Shown piece by piece: positions 8,505 through 15,790 of a stretch of 20,346 nt of DNA. Position numbers and translations under genes: made by a program. Origin of the DNA: an uncultured Methanosarcinales archaeon (GTDB taxonomy: Archaea > Nanobdellota > Nanobdellia > Woesearchaeales > CAZYIM01). The notes beneath the pieces are model-generated. The model was given only the letters and a program-made list of their open reading frames with translations, was not told the DNA's origin and did no database searches. The stretch is taken from positions 1 to 20,346 of the forward strand of contig CAZYIM010000041.1 of assembly GCA_964647565.1 (NCBI GenBank), read 5' to 3'. Each line of letters starts with the position of its first letter. The first letter of the stretch is position 1.

Positions 8505-9364
8505 TTTTGGAAGACAGATTGACCTTTTTTAGTTGGCGGAGGAGGAATATTAGGCAGTGGCCCAGGATCCCCCCCTAATGGAGGGACCTGGTCACTGGTT
8601 TCAGGTGGTTGTTCTTCTAGAATATTTGTAACATCAGGTGGCAAACCCGCATTTGAAGGCATTGGTGCATTAGCTGGATTGAATGCCTGTTGCGGCGCAG
8701 CTTGTTGTGGTGTTGGTTGCGCCTGCGGCGGATTGCTCAGAAAACTAGGATTTAAAGATGAATCTGATGGTTGTGGATTAAGGAATGGATTACCCATATC
8801 AGGAGGTGCTGCTTCTTGTGCTATTTGCTGTGTAGCTGGAGGCTGTTTTTCTGCTTCTTCTTCATCTGCCTTTTGTTTAGCTTTTAATGCTTTCTTAGCC
8901 TTGGGTGTAAATTTCTTGGCAAAATCATCAAGTTCTGACGCAAGCTCTTCCTTGGTATATTCTTCCATATCCTGGACAGCTTCCCTTGTATCTTTTTCAA
9001 CAGATTCAAAGTCAGCTTCTTGTTTCTCTCCAAGATCTTCGAGCTCTCTGAAGAAAACCTTTTCTTGTTTTTTGATAAGATTAGCCAAGGCCACCATACC
9101 CTGTGCAAGTTTTTTATTCTGATCAGAGATCTGTCTTAATAGAATTGACGGTTTATTGTTGAAATATTCATCAACAATTTGTTTCTCAGCAGCGTGAAAA
9201 ACATCCATGAGCTTCCCAATGTTTTCATTGAGCCTGTCGACGGCAACTAATAGGCTCTTGCCTTCTTCTTTATCGCCAAAAGGATTTCTCTTTATCTCTT
9301 CTATCTCCTTGCGCATTTTATCAAGCGCCTGATGAGAAACTAGCTCGTAATCTTCAGCATCCAT
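8501..9364 (-). CDS. Hypothetical protein: coiled-coil N-half and Pro/Gln-rich disordered C-tail (~287 aa)
   Basis: Start moved to ATG 9364 (MDAEDYE), which follows GAGGTG at 9379-9374. TATA box TTTATATA at 9413-9406. Confidence 0.85.
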   Translation of the reverse strand: MDAEDYELVSHQALDKMRKEIEEIKRNPFGDKEEGKSLLVAVDRLNENIGKLMDVFHAAEKQIVDEYFNNKPSILLRQISDQNKKLAQGMVALANLIKKQEKVFFRELEDLGEKQEADFESVEKDTREAVQDMEEYTKEELASELDDFAKKFTPKAKKALKAKQKADEEEAEKQPPATQQIAQEAAPPDMGNPFLNPQPSDSSLNPSFLSNPPQAQPTPQQAAPQQAFNPANAPMPSNAGLPPDVTNILEEQPPETSDQVPPLGGDPGPLPNIPPPPTKKGQSVFQK

Positions 9365-9444
9365 AACACAACACACCTCTTTTAAAGGCTTTAAATAACT
9401 CATGATATATAAATTTTCCGAAAATAGTCACCGATAGGGGAACA

Positions 9445-9452
9445 TTTAAGTA
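9445..9452 (+). promoter_or_regulatory. TATA box for dus
   Basis: TTTAAGTA ending ~23 nt before ATG 9475. Confidence 0.45.
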
Positions 9453-9474
9453 TTAAATCCTTTAACACTCCTCT

Positions 9475-10431
9475 ATGAATATCAGAAATCTGACTTTCAA
9501 AGGCAGACTTGCACTCGCTCCCATGGCAGGTGTAAATTGCAAGGCATTTAGAGTGTTATGCAAGGAAAATGGTGCTGATCTCATCTATAGCCAGATGATT
9601 GATGTGGATGAATTTCTAAAAGCTTATGAACACGATAACAGAGCTGCTTTTGAACGATTCCTGGATATATCTGCAAATGAAAAACCTATTGCTGTTCAGA
9701 TAGTCGGCTCAAAGCCAGAGCAGATGGCAAAGGTGGCAAATATCATCTCAAATGTCGCTGATATAATTGATATAAACTTAGGCTGTTGTGAAGGCCCGAT
9801 TTTGGGTAAGAAAGCAGGGGCTTACCTTATCAAGCACCCGAACTTGCTTAAACCGATCCTAGATGCTGTTGTAGAGGCTTCTAGAGTTCCTGTAACAGCC
9901 AAGATACGCTCTGGCTGGGATAATGACTCAATAAATGCTCTAGAAGTAGCTAAAATCATAGAAAATTGCGGCTGTTCAGCTATAGCAGTCCATCCAAGGA
10001 CCAAAGCTCAAGGATATAGTGACAAGGCTGACTGGAATATAATAAAACAGGTTAAGGAAGCAGTTTCCATACCAGTTATAGGAAGCGGAGACATAGCCAA
10101 GCCAGGCAATGCCAAATCAATGCTGGAACAGACCAAATGTGACATGGTGATGATTGGTCGTGCTGCTAGAGGCAATCCCCTGATATTCAAAAGAACAAAA
10201 TACTTGTTGGAGAATGGCAAGAACTTACCAGAACCAAACAATGATGAACAAAGAGATGCATTTACTAGGTTCTTACAGCTCTATGAACAACAATTGAGAC
10301 AATCTGCTTCTGAGATCAGGGATCATGCATTGTGGTGTGTCAGGGGAAGCAAAAATGCTGCAGTATTGAAACAGAAATTGATTAAAGCAAAAACAATTGA
10401 AGAGATAAGGAAGATTGTTGCTTCTTTATGA
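9475..10431 (+). CDS. dusB: tRNA-dihydrouridine synthase, DusB/NifR3-like (318 aa)
   Basis: Motifs LAPMAG, QIVG, IDINLGC, PVTAKIRSGW, AVHPRT, IPVIGSGDI and VMIGRAARGNP. The Dus family call is firm; the DusB subtype is less certain. Confidence 0.9.
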   Translation: MNIRNLTFKGRLALAPMAGVNCKAFRVLCKENGADLIYSQMIDVDEFLKAYEHDNRAAFERFLDISANEKPIAVQIVGSKPEQMAKVANIISNVADIIDINLGCCEGPILGKKAGAYLIKHPNLLKPILDAVVEASRVPVTAKIRSGWDNDSINALEVAKIIENCGCSAIAVHPRTKAQGYSDKADWNIIKQVKEAVSIPVIGSGDIAKPGNAKSMLEQTKCDMVMIGRAARGNPLIFKRTKYLLENGKNLPEPNNDEQRDAFTRFLQLYEQQLRQSASEIRDHALWCVRGSKNAAVLKQKLIKAKTIEEIRKIVASL

Positions 10432-10434
10432 TAC

Positions 10435-10442
10435 TTTTTTTT
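10435..10442 (+). terminator. Possible oligo-T archaeal terminator after dus
   Basis: T8 run 3 nt after the dus stop codon. Confidence 0.35.
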
Positions 10443-10839
10443 ATAGCTTCTTAAAATCATTCAGTTTTTGAATGAATTCATCAATTTTCATATGATACTG
10501 TTTGTCAGGCAATAAGCAGTCATCCCTGAATTCTTGCAGATCTTTAGCAATAGTATCGAGGGTCTCGTATCGCTTTTCTTCCTTAGCATCAAATCGTTCT
10601 GCGGATTCAACAAAGTTATCATATTTCTTGAAATCCTTTATGGCTTCATCCTCTCTGCCTTCTGGGGTATTATAGAAATAAAAATTGTCCATCCAGGGAC
10701 TTTGTAAGGAATATCCTATTGTGTTTCCAAATTCGGCAGCAAAATCATCATTTACATCCATTTCCTTATCCTGGTCAAGTCTGACTTTTAATCGTACCAG
10801 AATGATTCCCTTTGCATACACAGGTTCGTATTTGTCCAT
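10441..10839 (-). CDS. Hypothetical protein with a subtilase-propeptide (fervidolysin-N / I9-like) pattern (132 aa)
   Basis: YAKGIILVRLK...YFYNTPEGREDEAIKDFKKYDNFVESAE resembles the S8 prodomain pattern YxPGExxVKFK...VPxGxExEAxxxL...VEYAE. The domain call is tentative. Confidence 0.7.
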   Translation of the reverse strand: MDKYEPVYAKGIILVRLKVRLDQDKEMDVNDDFAAEFGNTIGYSLQSPWMDNFYFYNTPEGREDEAIKDFKKYDNFVESAERFDAKEEKRYETLDTIAKDLQEFRDDCLLPDKQYHMKIDEFIQKLNDFKKL

Positions 10840-10864
10840 AAAAAGAGGGAAGTTGGTATAGTAT

Positions 10865-11128
10865 TTAATGGTTTCCAGAATTTCGATTACCGATATGCCA
10901 ACCTATATGTTTTGAGATCTTTGAATCTAGTTTATTTATGGATTCTTTAATGTAAAAGGAATAGCCTAGGTTGGCAATCAATAAACCTATAACCAGGGTC
11001 TCGAATGAAAGGCTTCCTCCGGTCAATTTTCTCAAAAGCTCAAATATGATATAAATCATTAGCATTAAAAATAACCAAATTGCGATTTGTTTCAATAAAT
11101 CCAGTCTTTTCTTAATAATCTTAACCAC
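10865..11128 (-). CDS. Small two-TM membrane protein (~87 aa, start uncertain)
   Basis: Two hydrophobic segments (IAIWLFLMLMIYIIF; LVIGLLIANLGYSFYI) and a short helical tail. Only a GTG start is available before the first segment. Confidence 0.65.
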   Translation of the reverse strand: MVKIIKKRLDLLKQIAIWLFLMLMIYIIFELLRKLTGGSLSFETLVIGLLIANLGYSFYIKESINKLDSKISKHIGWHIGNRNSGNH

Positions 11129-11147
11129 CCGAAACTTTTATTTAAAA

Positions 11148-11216
11148 CTAAATAATAAGTAAAACAAAAATAATGATCATGGCTATTGTCACAAAATCAA
11201 ACTTCTTGATTTTCAT
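11148..11216 (-). CDS. Putative 22-aa single-TM microprotein
   Basis: MKIKKFDFVTIAMIIIFVLLII*. An AT-rich TATA-like box at 11245-11238 lies ~22 nt upstream, as for other leaderless genes here. Confidence 0.4.
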   Translation of the reverse strand: MKIKKFDFVTIAMIIIFVLLII

Positions 11217-11280
11217 ACGATATTTCAGGCAATCTCATTTTAAATATTTTATGATTTTATCGTCGGAAGATTTCCGATAA

Positions 11281-11733
11281 TCAACCACAAACATCAATCT
11301 TGTATTTGCCTTGCTCCAGCTGTCCCATGACCTTCTCTATGTTGCAGATCTTATTTTTAAGGAACCTTTTTCTATCGATGTGGTAATTCACTTCTGCAGC
11401 ATTCATGGTCTCCATTGTGCTCCACCATTTGACCTGCGGTCTTATAGGATTATCTTCAAGCCTCAACAGATCTCTTAGGCAAAGATGTCTTATATCATAT
11501 AGGTCTCCGATTACATCACCTAACTGTTTAGGCTTTAATCTCATCATTTCGTATGTCTTCAAGTGCTCTTCGTCTTGCAAGGCCTCGAGTATGCCCAGGT
11601 TCTCTGCATTCTCAACCTCTATCAAGAGGTATTGCCTGTCCCTACTATCCTCGATAAGCTTTTTTAGCTTCTCGGATTTCCCTATCCATTCTGCTGCGCT
11701 ATTGCATAGCTCGTATAATTGTTTTTGTTTCAT
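11281..11733 (-). CDS. Hypothetical protein (~150 aa)
   Basis: Start moved to ATG 11733 (MKQKQLYELC), which follows the GGAGGG RBS at 11743-11738. Confidence 0.8.
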   Translation of the reverse strand: MKQKQLYELCNSAAEWIGKSEKLKKLIEDSRDRQYLLIEVENAENLGILEALQDEEHLKTYEMMRLKPKQLGDVIGDLYDIRHLCLRDLLRLEDNPIRPQVKWWSTMETMNAAEVNYHIDRKRFLKNKICNIEKVMGQLEQGKYKIDVCG

Positions 11734-11753
11734 TCTGCCCTCCTCTTTTGTTT

Positions 11754-12158
11754 TTATCTCATTATGTAGTCTATTCCTGCATTCTTCATCTTTTCTGCAA
11801 CTATCTTGATGACATCGTATCTCTTGCATTTGTTCAGCTTGTCGATGTGGTTGCTTAGTATCCTGTCTCTATCTTTCATGTTGTCCATCACTTTCAGTGC
11901 GACTTCGTAACATGCCACTTCGAGTAAGATTTCTCCCACTTCTTCCCTTAGCTTACCGGGCAGTTGCCTGTAGAGGCCGTTGCAGCCCGCTATTAACTCG
12001 TTCAACTTGACTCTATCATCGTTCTTTACCGCATTTATCTGGTCTTTAAGCTGATCTATGTTTGCTTTCAATATCAGCTGATCGATGCTTACCTTCTTGG
12101 GTTTGTTGAAGTAGTCTGGGTTGCCTATTAGTATTGGTTTTGGTTTTTGGTTGTTCAT
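11754..12158 (-). CDS. Hypothetical helical protein (134 aa)
   Basis: ORF preceded by a GAGGTGA RBS, co-oriented within the operon. Confidence 0.8.
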   Translation of the reverse strand: MNNQKPKPILIGNPDYFNKPKKVSIDQLILKANIDQLKDQINAVKNDDRVKLNELIAGCNGLYRQLPGKLREEVGEILLEVACYEVALKVMDNMKDRDRILSNHIDKLNKCKRYDVIKIVAEKMKNAGIDYIMR

Positions 12159-12181
12159 TTTGTTTCACCTCTTTCTTTTTT

Positions 12182-12901
12182 TTATAGTTTCCAGTATGCT
12201 TTTCGTATTGCTTTTGCAAGTTGTTTTGCTATGTATTCTCCGTTGTTTACAAACCTTAAGGTCTTGTTTATCTCAACCTGTATTGCGTGGTTATCTGTTT
12301 TAGCGTGGTGCTGTATCCCGTTATTCTTGTCCCAGGCGGGTTTGTAGCTTCCTATCAGCGCCCTTAGGCCCATGTTGGTTTTTAGTTTTGCATCCAGCAT
12401 CCTTCGCATTGTTTTTGTCATCTCGAAGTTAGCTTGTACTTTTCCTGTGTTGGTTCCTGCCTTTGGATGGTATTCTGCTCCCTGGTACTTTTGCTTCTGG
12501 GGGTTCCATTTTACACCTATTCCTATGTCTACTCCAAGGTCGTCCCTGTCTGCCATTCCATGTACGTAGACTATCAGAGTTCGTTTCTTTCCTTTGTGCA
12601 GCCCTTTTGCGTGTTGTTTTGCCTCTTCTGCGAGTTTGTCTATGCAGTTGTAGAACTCTTTCATCGGTTTTTTTCCGTTCTCATCTTGTTTTTCCATCTG
12701 TCGCAGGTCGTTGAAGTTGTGCTTTCTCTTATGGTGTATGTAGTTTATTACCAGGTATGCGCCCAGGTTTCTTGCCAGTTCTTCAGCGACTTGTCCTGTG
12801 TTCATGTCTGGCCCTGCTGCGTGTGGCGCTACTACAACAATGTTGGTGTGGCCTTTCCTGACTGTGCCGAAGAGTCTTTGTATTTCGTTCTCCAGTGGCA
12901 T
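12182..12901 (-). CDS. Zn-dependent hydrolase, N-formylglutamate amidohydrolase / poly-gamma-glutamate hydrolase-like (239 aa)
   Basis: Motifs VVVAPH...D-x-x-T, VYVHGM, DIGIG and HAIQVEINKTLR match the Zn-exopeptidase-fold pattern. SD GGAGGTG at 12914-12908. Substrate unknown. Confidence 0.75.
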   Translation of the reverse strand: MPLENEIQRLFGTVRKGHTNIVVVAPHAAGPDMNTGQVAEELARNLGAYLVINYIHHKRKHNFNDLRQMEKQDENGKKPMKEFYNCIDKLAEEAKQHAKGLHKGKKRTLIVYVHGMADRDDLGVDIGIGVKWNPQKQKYQGAEYHPKAGTNTGKVQANFEMTKTMRRMLDAKLKTNMGLRALIGSYKPAWDKNNGIQHHAKTDNHAIQVEINKTLRFVNNGEYIAKQLAKAIRKAYWKL

Positions 12902-12907
12902 TCAATT

Positions 12908-12973
12908 CACCTCCGAGTGTTTTTACACGAGGGGTGCCAGCAACTTGTTGCTCAGCACCTCCTTGTTTTTTTT
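12908..12973 (-). promoter_or_regulatory. Candidate translational attenuator: two alternative hairpins plus A8 slippery run
   Basis: Two GGAGGTG copies (12962-12956 and the SD at 12914-12908) compete for one CACCCC (12936-12931). A8 run at 12973-12966. Confidence 0.5.
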
Positions 12974-13032
12974 CTAAGCTCTGCCAGCTCTATGGCCAGC
13001 TCGTACAGTTTGATTCTTTGGTTGTCGTCCAT
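12952..13032 (-). CDS. Leader peptide / uORF (26 aa; 36 aa if -1 shifted, ending at 12923)
   Basis: MDDNQRIKLYELAIELAELRKKTRRC*. TATA box TTTATATA (13064-13057) lies 25 nt upstream. Confidence 0.6.
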   Translation of the reverse strand: MDDNQRIKLYELAIELAELRKKTRRC

Positions 13033-13056
13033 TTTACTACTTATAAGTAATTATAA

Positions 13057-13064
13057 TATATAAA
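13057..13064 (-). promoter_or_regulatory. TATA box of the 13032-11281 operon
   Basis: TTTATATA preceded by CAAACG, 25 nt before the uORF ATG. Confidence 0.55.
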
Positions 13065-13130
13065 CGTTTGTTGTTGAAGTTTCTACAACAATCTAATCAA
13101 GCACAAATCTACTTTTTTATCGTAATAATC

Positions 13131-13138
13131 TTTAAATA
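13131..13138 (+). promoter_or_regulatory. TATA box for the methyltransferase
   Basis: TTTAAATA ending ~24 nt before ATG 13162. Confidence 0.5.
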
Positions 13139-13161
13139 GAGCTATTCATTCTCACTAACCA

Positions 13162-13926
13162 ATGAAAATCAAAGAATACCTCGAACAGGAGAAAATTGAG
13201 GACCTGACAACTTCGGATATTGGGGATTTGATCCAGAACGCCTTAACAGAAGAACAATATGAAATCTACGACAAGATGCACAATACCTTCTGTGATGACA
13301 ATAATCAACCGAACATTATAGAATTCTATGAGCTAGTTGCAGAATTTGAATTGATGAATATTATGCAGAGTTCATTATATAATAGAACTGAGACTATATC
13401 CTCTCTCATTAATGAACATATTAAGGATTCAAAAAAGGTGTTGGATATTGGATCTGGAAATGGACTGAAATCAGTATTCTATGCCTTAAACCATCCAGAG
13501 ACACAATTTACATGCCTAGATTTATCAGAAGCAATGTTAAAATTAGTACAAAAGCGTGCAAAGAAAAATAAGTGTAAGAACATAGAGACTCAAGTTGCAG
13601 ATATGACTAATATGAACCTTGAACAAAAATATGATTGCGTCATAGCAGAACACAGCTTACATGAAACTGCAGAATATGTGATGAATCCAAGCACATATGG
13701 ATTTGAAAGTAATCCCCTATTCTGGGTTAAGTTTGACCAGATATATAATGTGATGGACAAAGGTAAAATAATTATAACCCTGACGCCTAATCATCCTGAA
13801 TTTCTTAGGGATGAAATAAAGTTTGAGATGGAAAATGCAGGATTTATCCACAAAGAAACCCAAACACTCTACCACCATAATAATGGTCAAGAAATATTAG
13901 ATCTATTATTTGTGGGTGAAAAATAA
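13162..13926 (+). CDS. Class I SAM-dependent methyltransferase (254 aa)
   Basis: Motif I VLDIGSGNG, post-I CLDLSEAML, then ADM and YDCVIAEHSLHE. Confidence 0.9.
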   Translation: MKIKEYLEQEKIEDLTTSDIGDLIQNALTEEQYEIYDKMHNTFCDDNNQPNIIEFYELVAEFELMNIMQSSLYNRTETISSLINEHIKDSKKVLDIGSGNGLKSVFYALNHPETQFTCLDLSEAMLKLVQKRAKKNKCKNIETQVADMTNMNLEQKYDCVIAEHSLHETAEYVMNPSTYGFESNPLFWVKFDQIYNVMDKGKIIITLTPNHPEFLRDEIKFEMENAGFIHKETQTLYHHNNGQEILDLLFVGEK

Positions 13927-13975
13927 AAATCTGACAACAATATTGAAAAAATATTCGGGTGTGGGCTATAGACAT

Positions 13976-14410
13976 CTAAAGATTATTTTTGCTGATTGCT
14001 TTAGTCAAATATTTAGGAACTGACAATCCAAAAATATTCTTGAATATCTTATTAAAAGAATCTTTCTTTCTGTAGCTACATTTGAATAAAGCTTCATTTT
14101 TATATTTAATGTTCTGCCTTAAAAAAGAGTAACTTGCTCTCAGCTCTATAAATAATTCATCCTGGTCATTAATTACACCATAGTTTAGCTTGGCCTTAAC
14201 AATATCAGGCCCGTTTTTCACGAAATCATCTAATGAGATTATCTTGTGGATTGGATCACTCCAAATTTTTTCAGGTTCAAGGCAATCCCTATGAACCAGT
14301 TTGCGAGCGTCCTGAATCTTGGAATCCCAAAGTACTCCTAACAATGTATACATTTTATCAGAAGGCTCCCTATAGCCAAGTTCAAAAGAAATAGGTTTAA
14401 CTTTAGACAT
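13976..14410 (-). CDS. Hypothetical protein (~144 aa; start could be 14443)
   Basis: ATG 14410 is preceded by SD-like AGGCGGGT. No recognised motif. Confidence 0.65.
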   Translation of the reverse strand: MSKVKPISFELGYREPSDKMYTLLGVLWDSKIQDARKLVHRDCLEPEKIWSDPIHKIISLDDFVKNGPDIVKAKLNYGVINDQDELFIELRASYSFLRQNIKYKNEALFKCSYRKKDSFNKIFKNIFGLSVPKYLTKAISKNNL

Positions 14411-14489
14411 CCTTGTAACCCGCCTTGTTTTCCGTGAAGTCATGATATGAATCGGTAATAAACTTTGTTTTTTTTGCAAGGATCATATT

Positions 14490-15785
14490 TTAATTGTTAA
14501 AATCATAAAAATGGTCAACACCTTCTCTGTGAATGGTGTTGGGCATATCTATCCTGTTTTCAATAGGTTTGGGAGACCATACATCTCTTACCTGTTCAAT
14601 TTTTAACTTCTTTCTTCGGAGTTCACCAATAACCTCAACATACCTAAAATAGGTCCTGCCATCAATTACACGCCTTTCCATCTCATGTGCATTTGCATAA
14701 TCCAACATCAAGGCAACATTATCAGCCATATCTCCTGTGCTGTTTCTCTCTAATATTATTGTATTGTTCTCAAAATCCTCAAGAAAAGCTTTGATGCCGT
14801 TATCATTGTAATTCACACCCTTTATTGAACCTACCATCTTAATCTCTGGATAGTTATCCAATATCCTGGCTTCCTCTGCAGTCAGATAAGCATTCTTGAA
14901 ATTTGCAGTATCATAATCTTTATCAAAACTGATCTCATGCTGTGCACTTTTTATTCTCCTTGAATCAGAAATTGAGTTAAGATTTAAAATACCTCCAAAA
15001 GAACCAGAGTAATCTCCGATAACTCTTGCAACAGTTGGTCGTTGGTTAAGCATGTCAATAATTGCAAGTCCTCTTGAGAATGCATCTCTTTCCCTGCTGC
15101 TTTGGCTGTTGGGCTGTTTTCTATAAACCAGCACATCATTACCCATGCCATCACCTAATACAAACGCCAAACCATTACCTTCCATAAAGCCAAAGATATT
15201 TCCTTTGACAGCTATATTGCCTATCAGGGTATCACCCTTAACAGCCATTTTTTTTAGCTGTGCTAGGCTGTATTCTCGGGCTTTTGGCCTGACCTCCATG
15301 CCCTCGAATAGATTGCTTAAATCCATGTTTTCATCAAGAATGATATTATTATAATTCAATCTCATGACATCGATATTTCCTTCATCAATGCTGCCTGTTA
15401 CAGTCACATCTCGAGGTATCCTAAGAATTTCATTCATATCAAATAGTGCACCAGCCAATGTGGCTATCTTGGAATTGTCCATCAGTTTGCAATATGCCCT
15501 TTCGTTGGAGGTGTTTTCGATAAAGAATTTCAAACCTCCCTTGTAGACCTTGCCATGGGGCGTGCCTTGTATCCTTATAAGATGATCTAAGGAATCAGTA
15601 GCCGCAGTAGTGTCGTTTTGGACAAAAGTGGGAACCTCTGAGATCGGGATATCAAATATCCTGTAATTCTCTTGTGTTGCAGGGATCTCAGGAAGCTTGT
15701 TGCCAGAATTACATGCAACCCAGGTTGCTATAGAACCCGCTGCAAATAATGTTGATAATGCTAATCGTTTAAACCATGTTTTCAT
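14490..15785 (-). CDS. Predicted lipoprotein with three OB-fold-like repeats (~431 aa)
   Basis: Signal MKTWFKRLALSTLFAAGSIATWVAC resembles the array B signals. Three internal repeats follow the pattern IxxxGxxxG...G.xF.L.D..N...V.V.G. The start follows AGGTGA. Confidence 0.85.
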   Translation of the reverse strand: MKTWFKRLALSTLFAAGSIATWVACNSGNKLPEIPATQENYRIFDIPISEVPTFVQNDTTAATDSLDHLIRIQGTPHGKVYKGGLKFFIENTSNERAYCKLMDNSKIATLAGALFDMNEILRIPRDVTVTGSIDEGNIDVMRLNYNNIILDENMDLSNLFEGMEVRPKAREYSLAQLKKMAVKGDTLIGNIAVKGNIFGFMEGNGLAFVLGDGMGNDVLVYRKQPNSQSSRERDAFSRGLAIIDMLNQRPTVARVIGDYSGSFGGILNLNSISDSRRIKSAQHEISFDKDYDTANFKNAYLTAEEARILDNYPEIKMVGSIKGVNYNDNGIKAFLEDFENNTIILERNSTGDMADNVALMLDYANAHEMERRVIDGRTYFRYVEVIGELRRKKLKIEQVRDVWSPKPIENRIDMPNTIHREGVDHFYDFNN

Positions 15786-15790
15786 TTTGT

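Noticed and set aside
12434..13063. 209-aa hydrophobic plus-strand ORF
   Set aside because: It is the antisense shadow of the A-rich hydrolase gene; its hydrophobicity comes from T-richness.
11281..13064. Calling the block a provirus or transposon
   Set aside because: No integrase, transposase, capsid gene or clear target-site duplication is seen; only a compositional shift.
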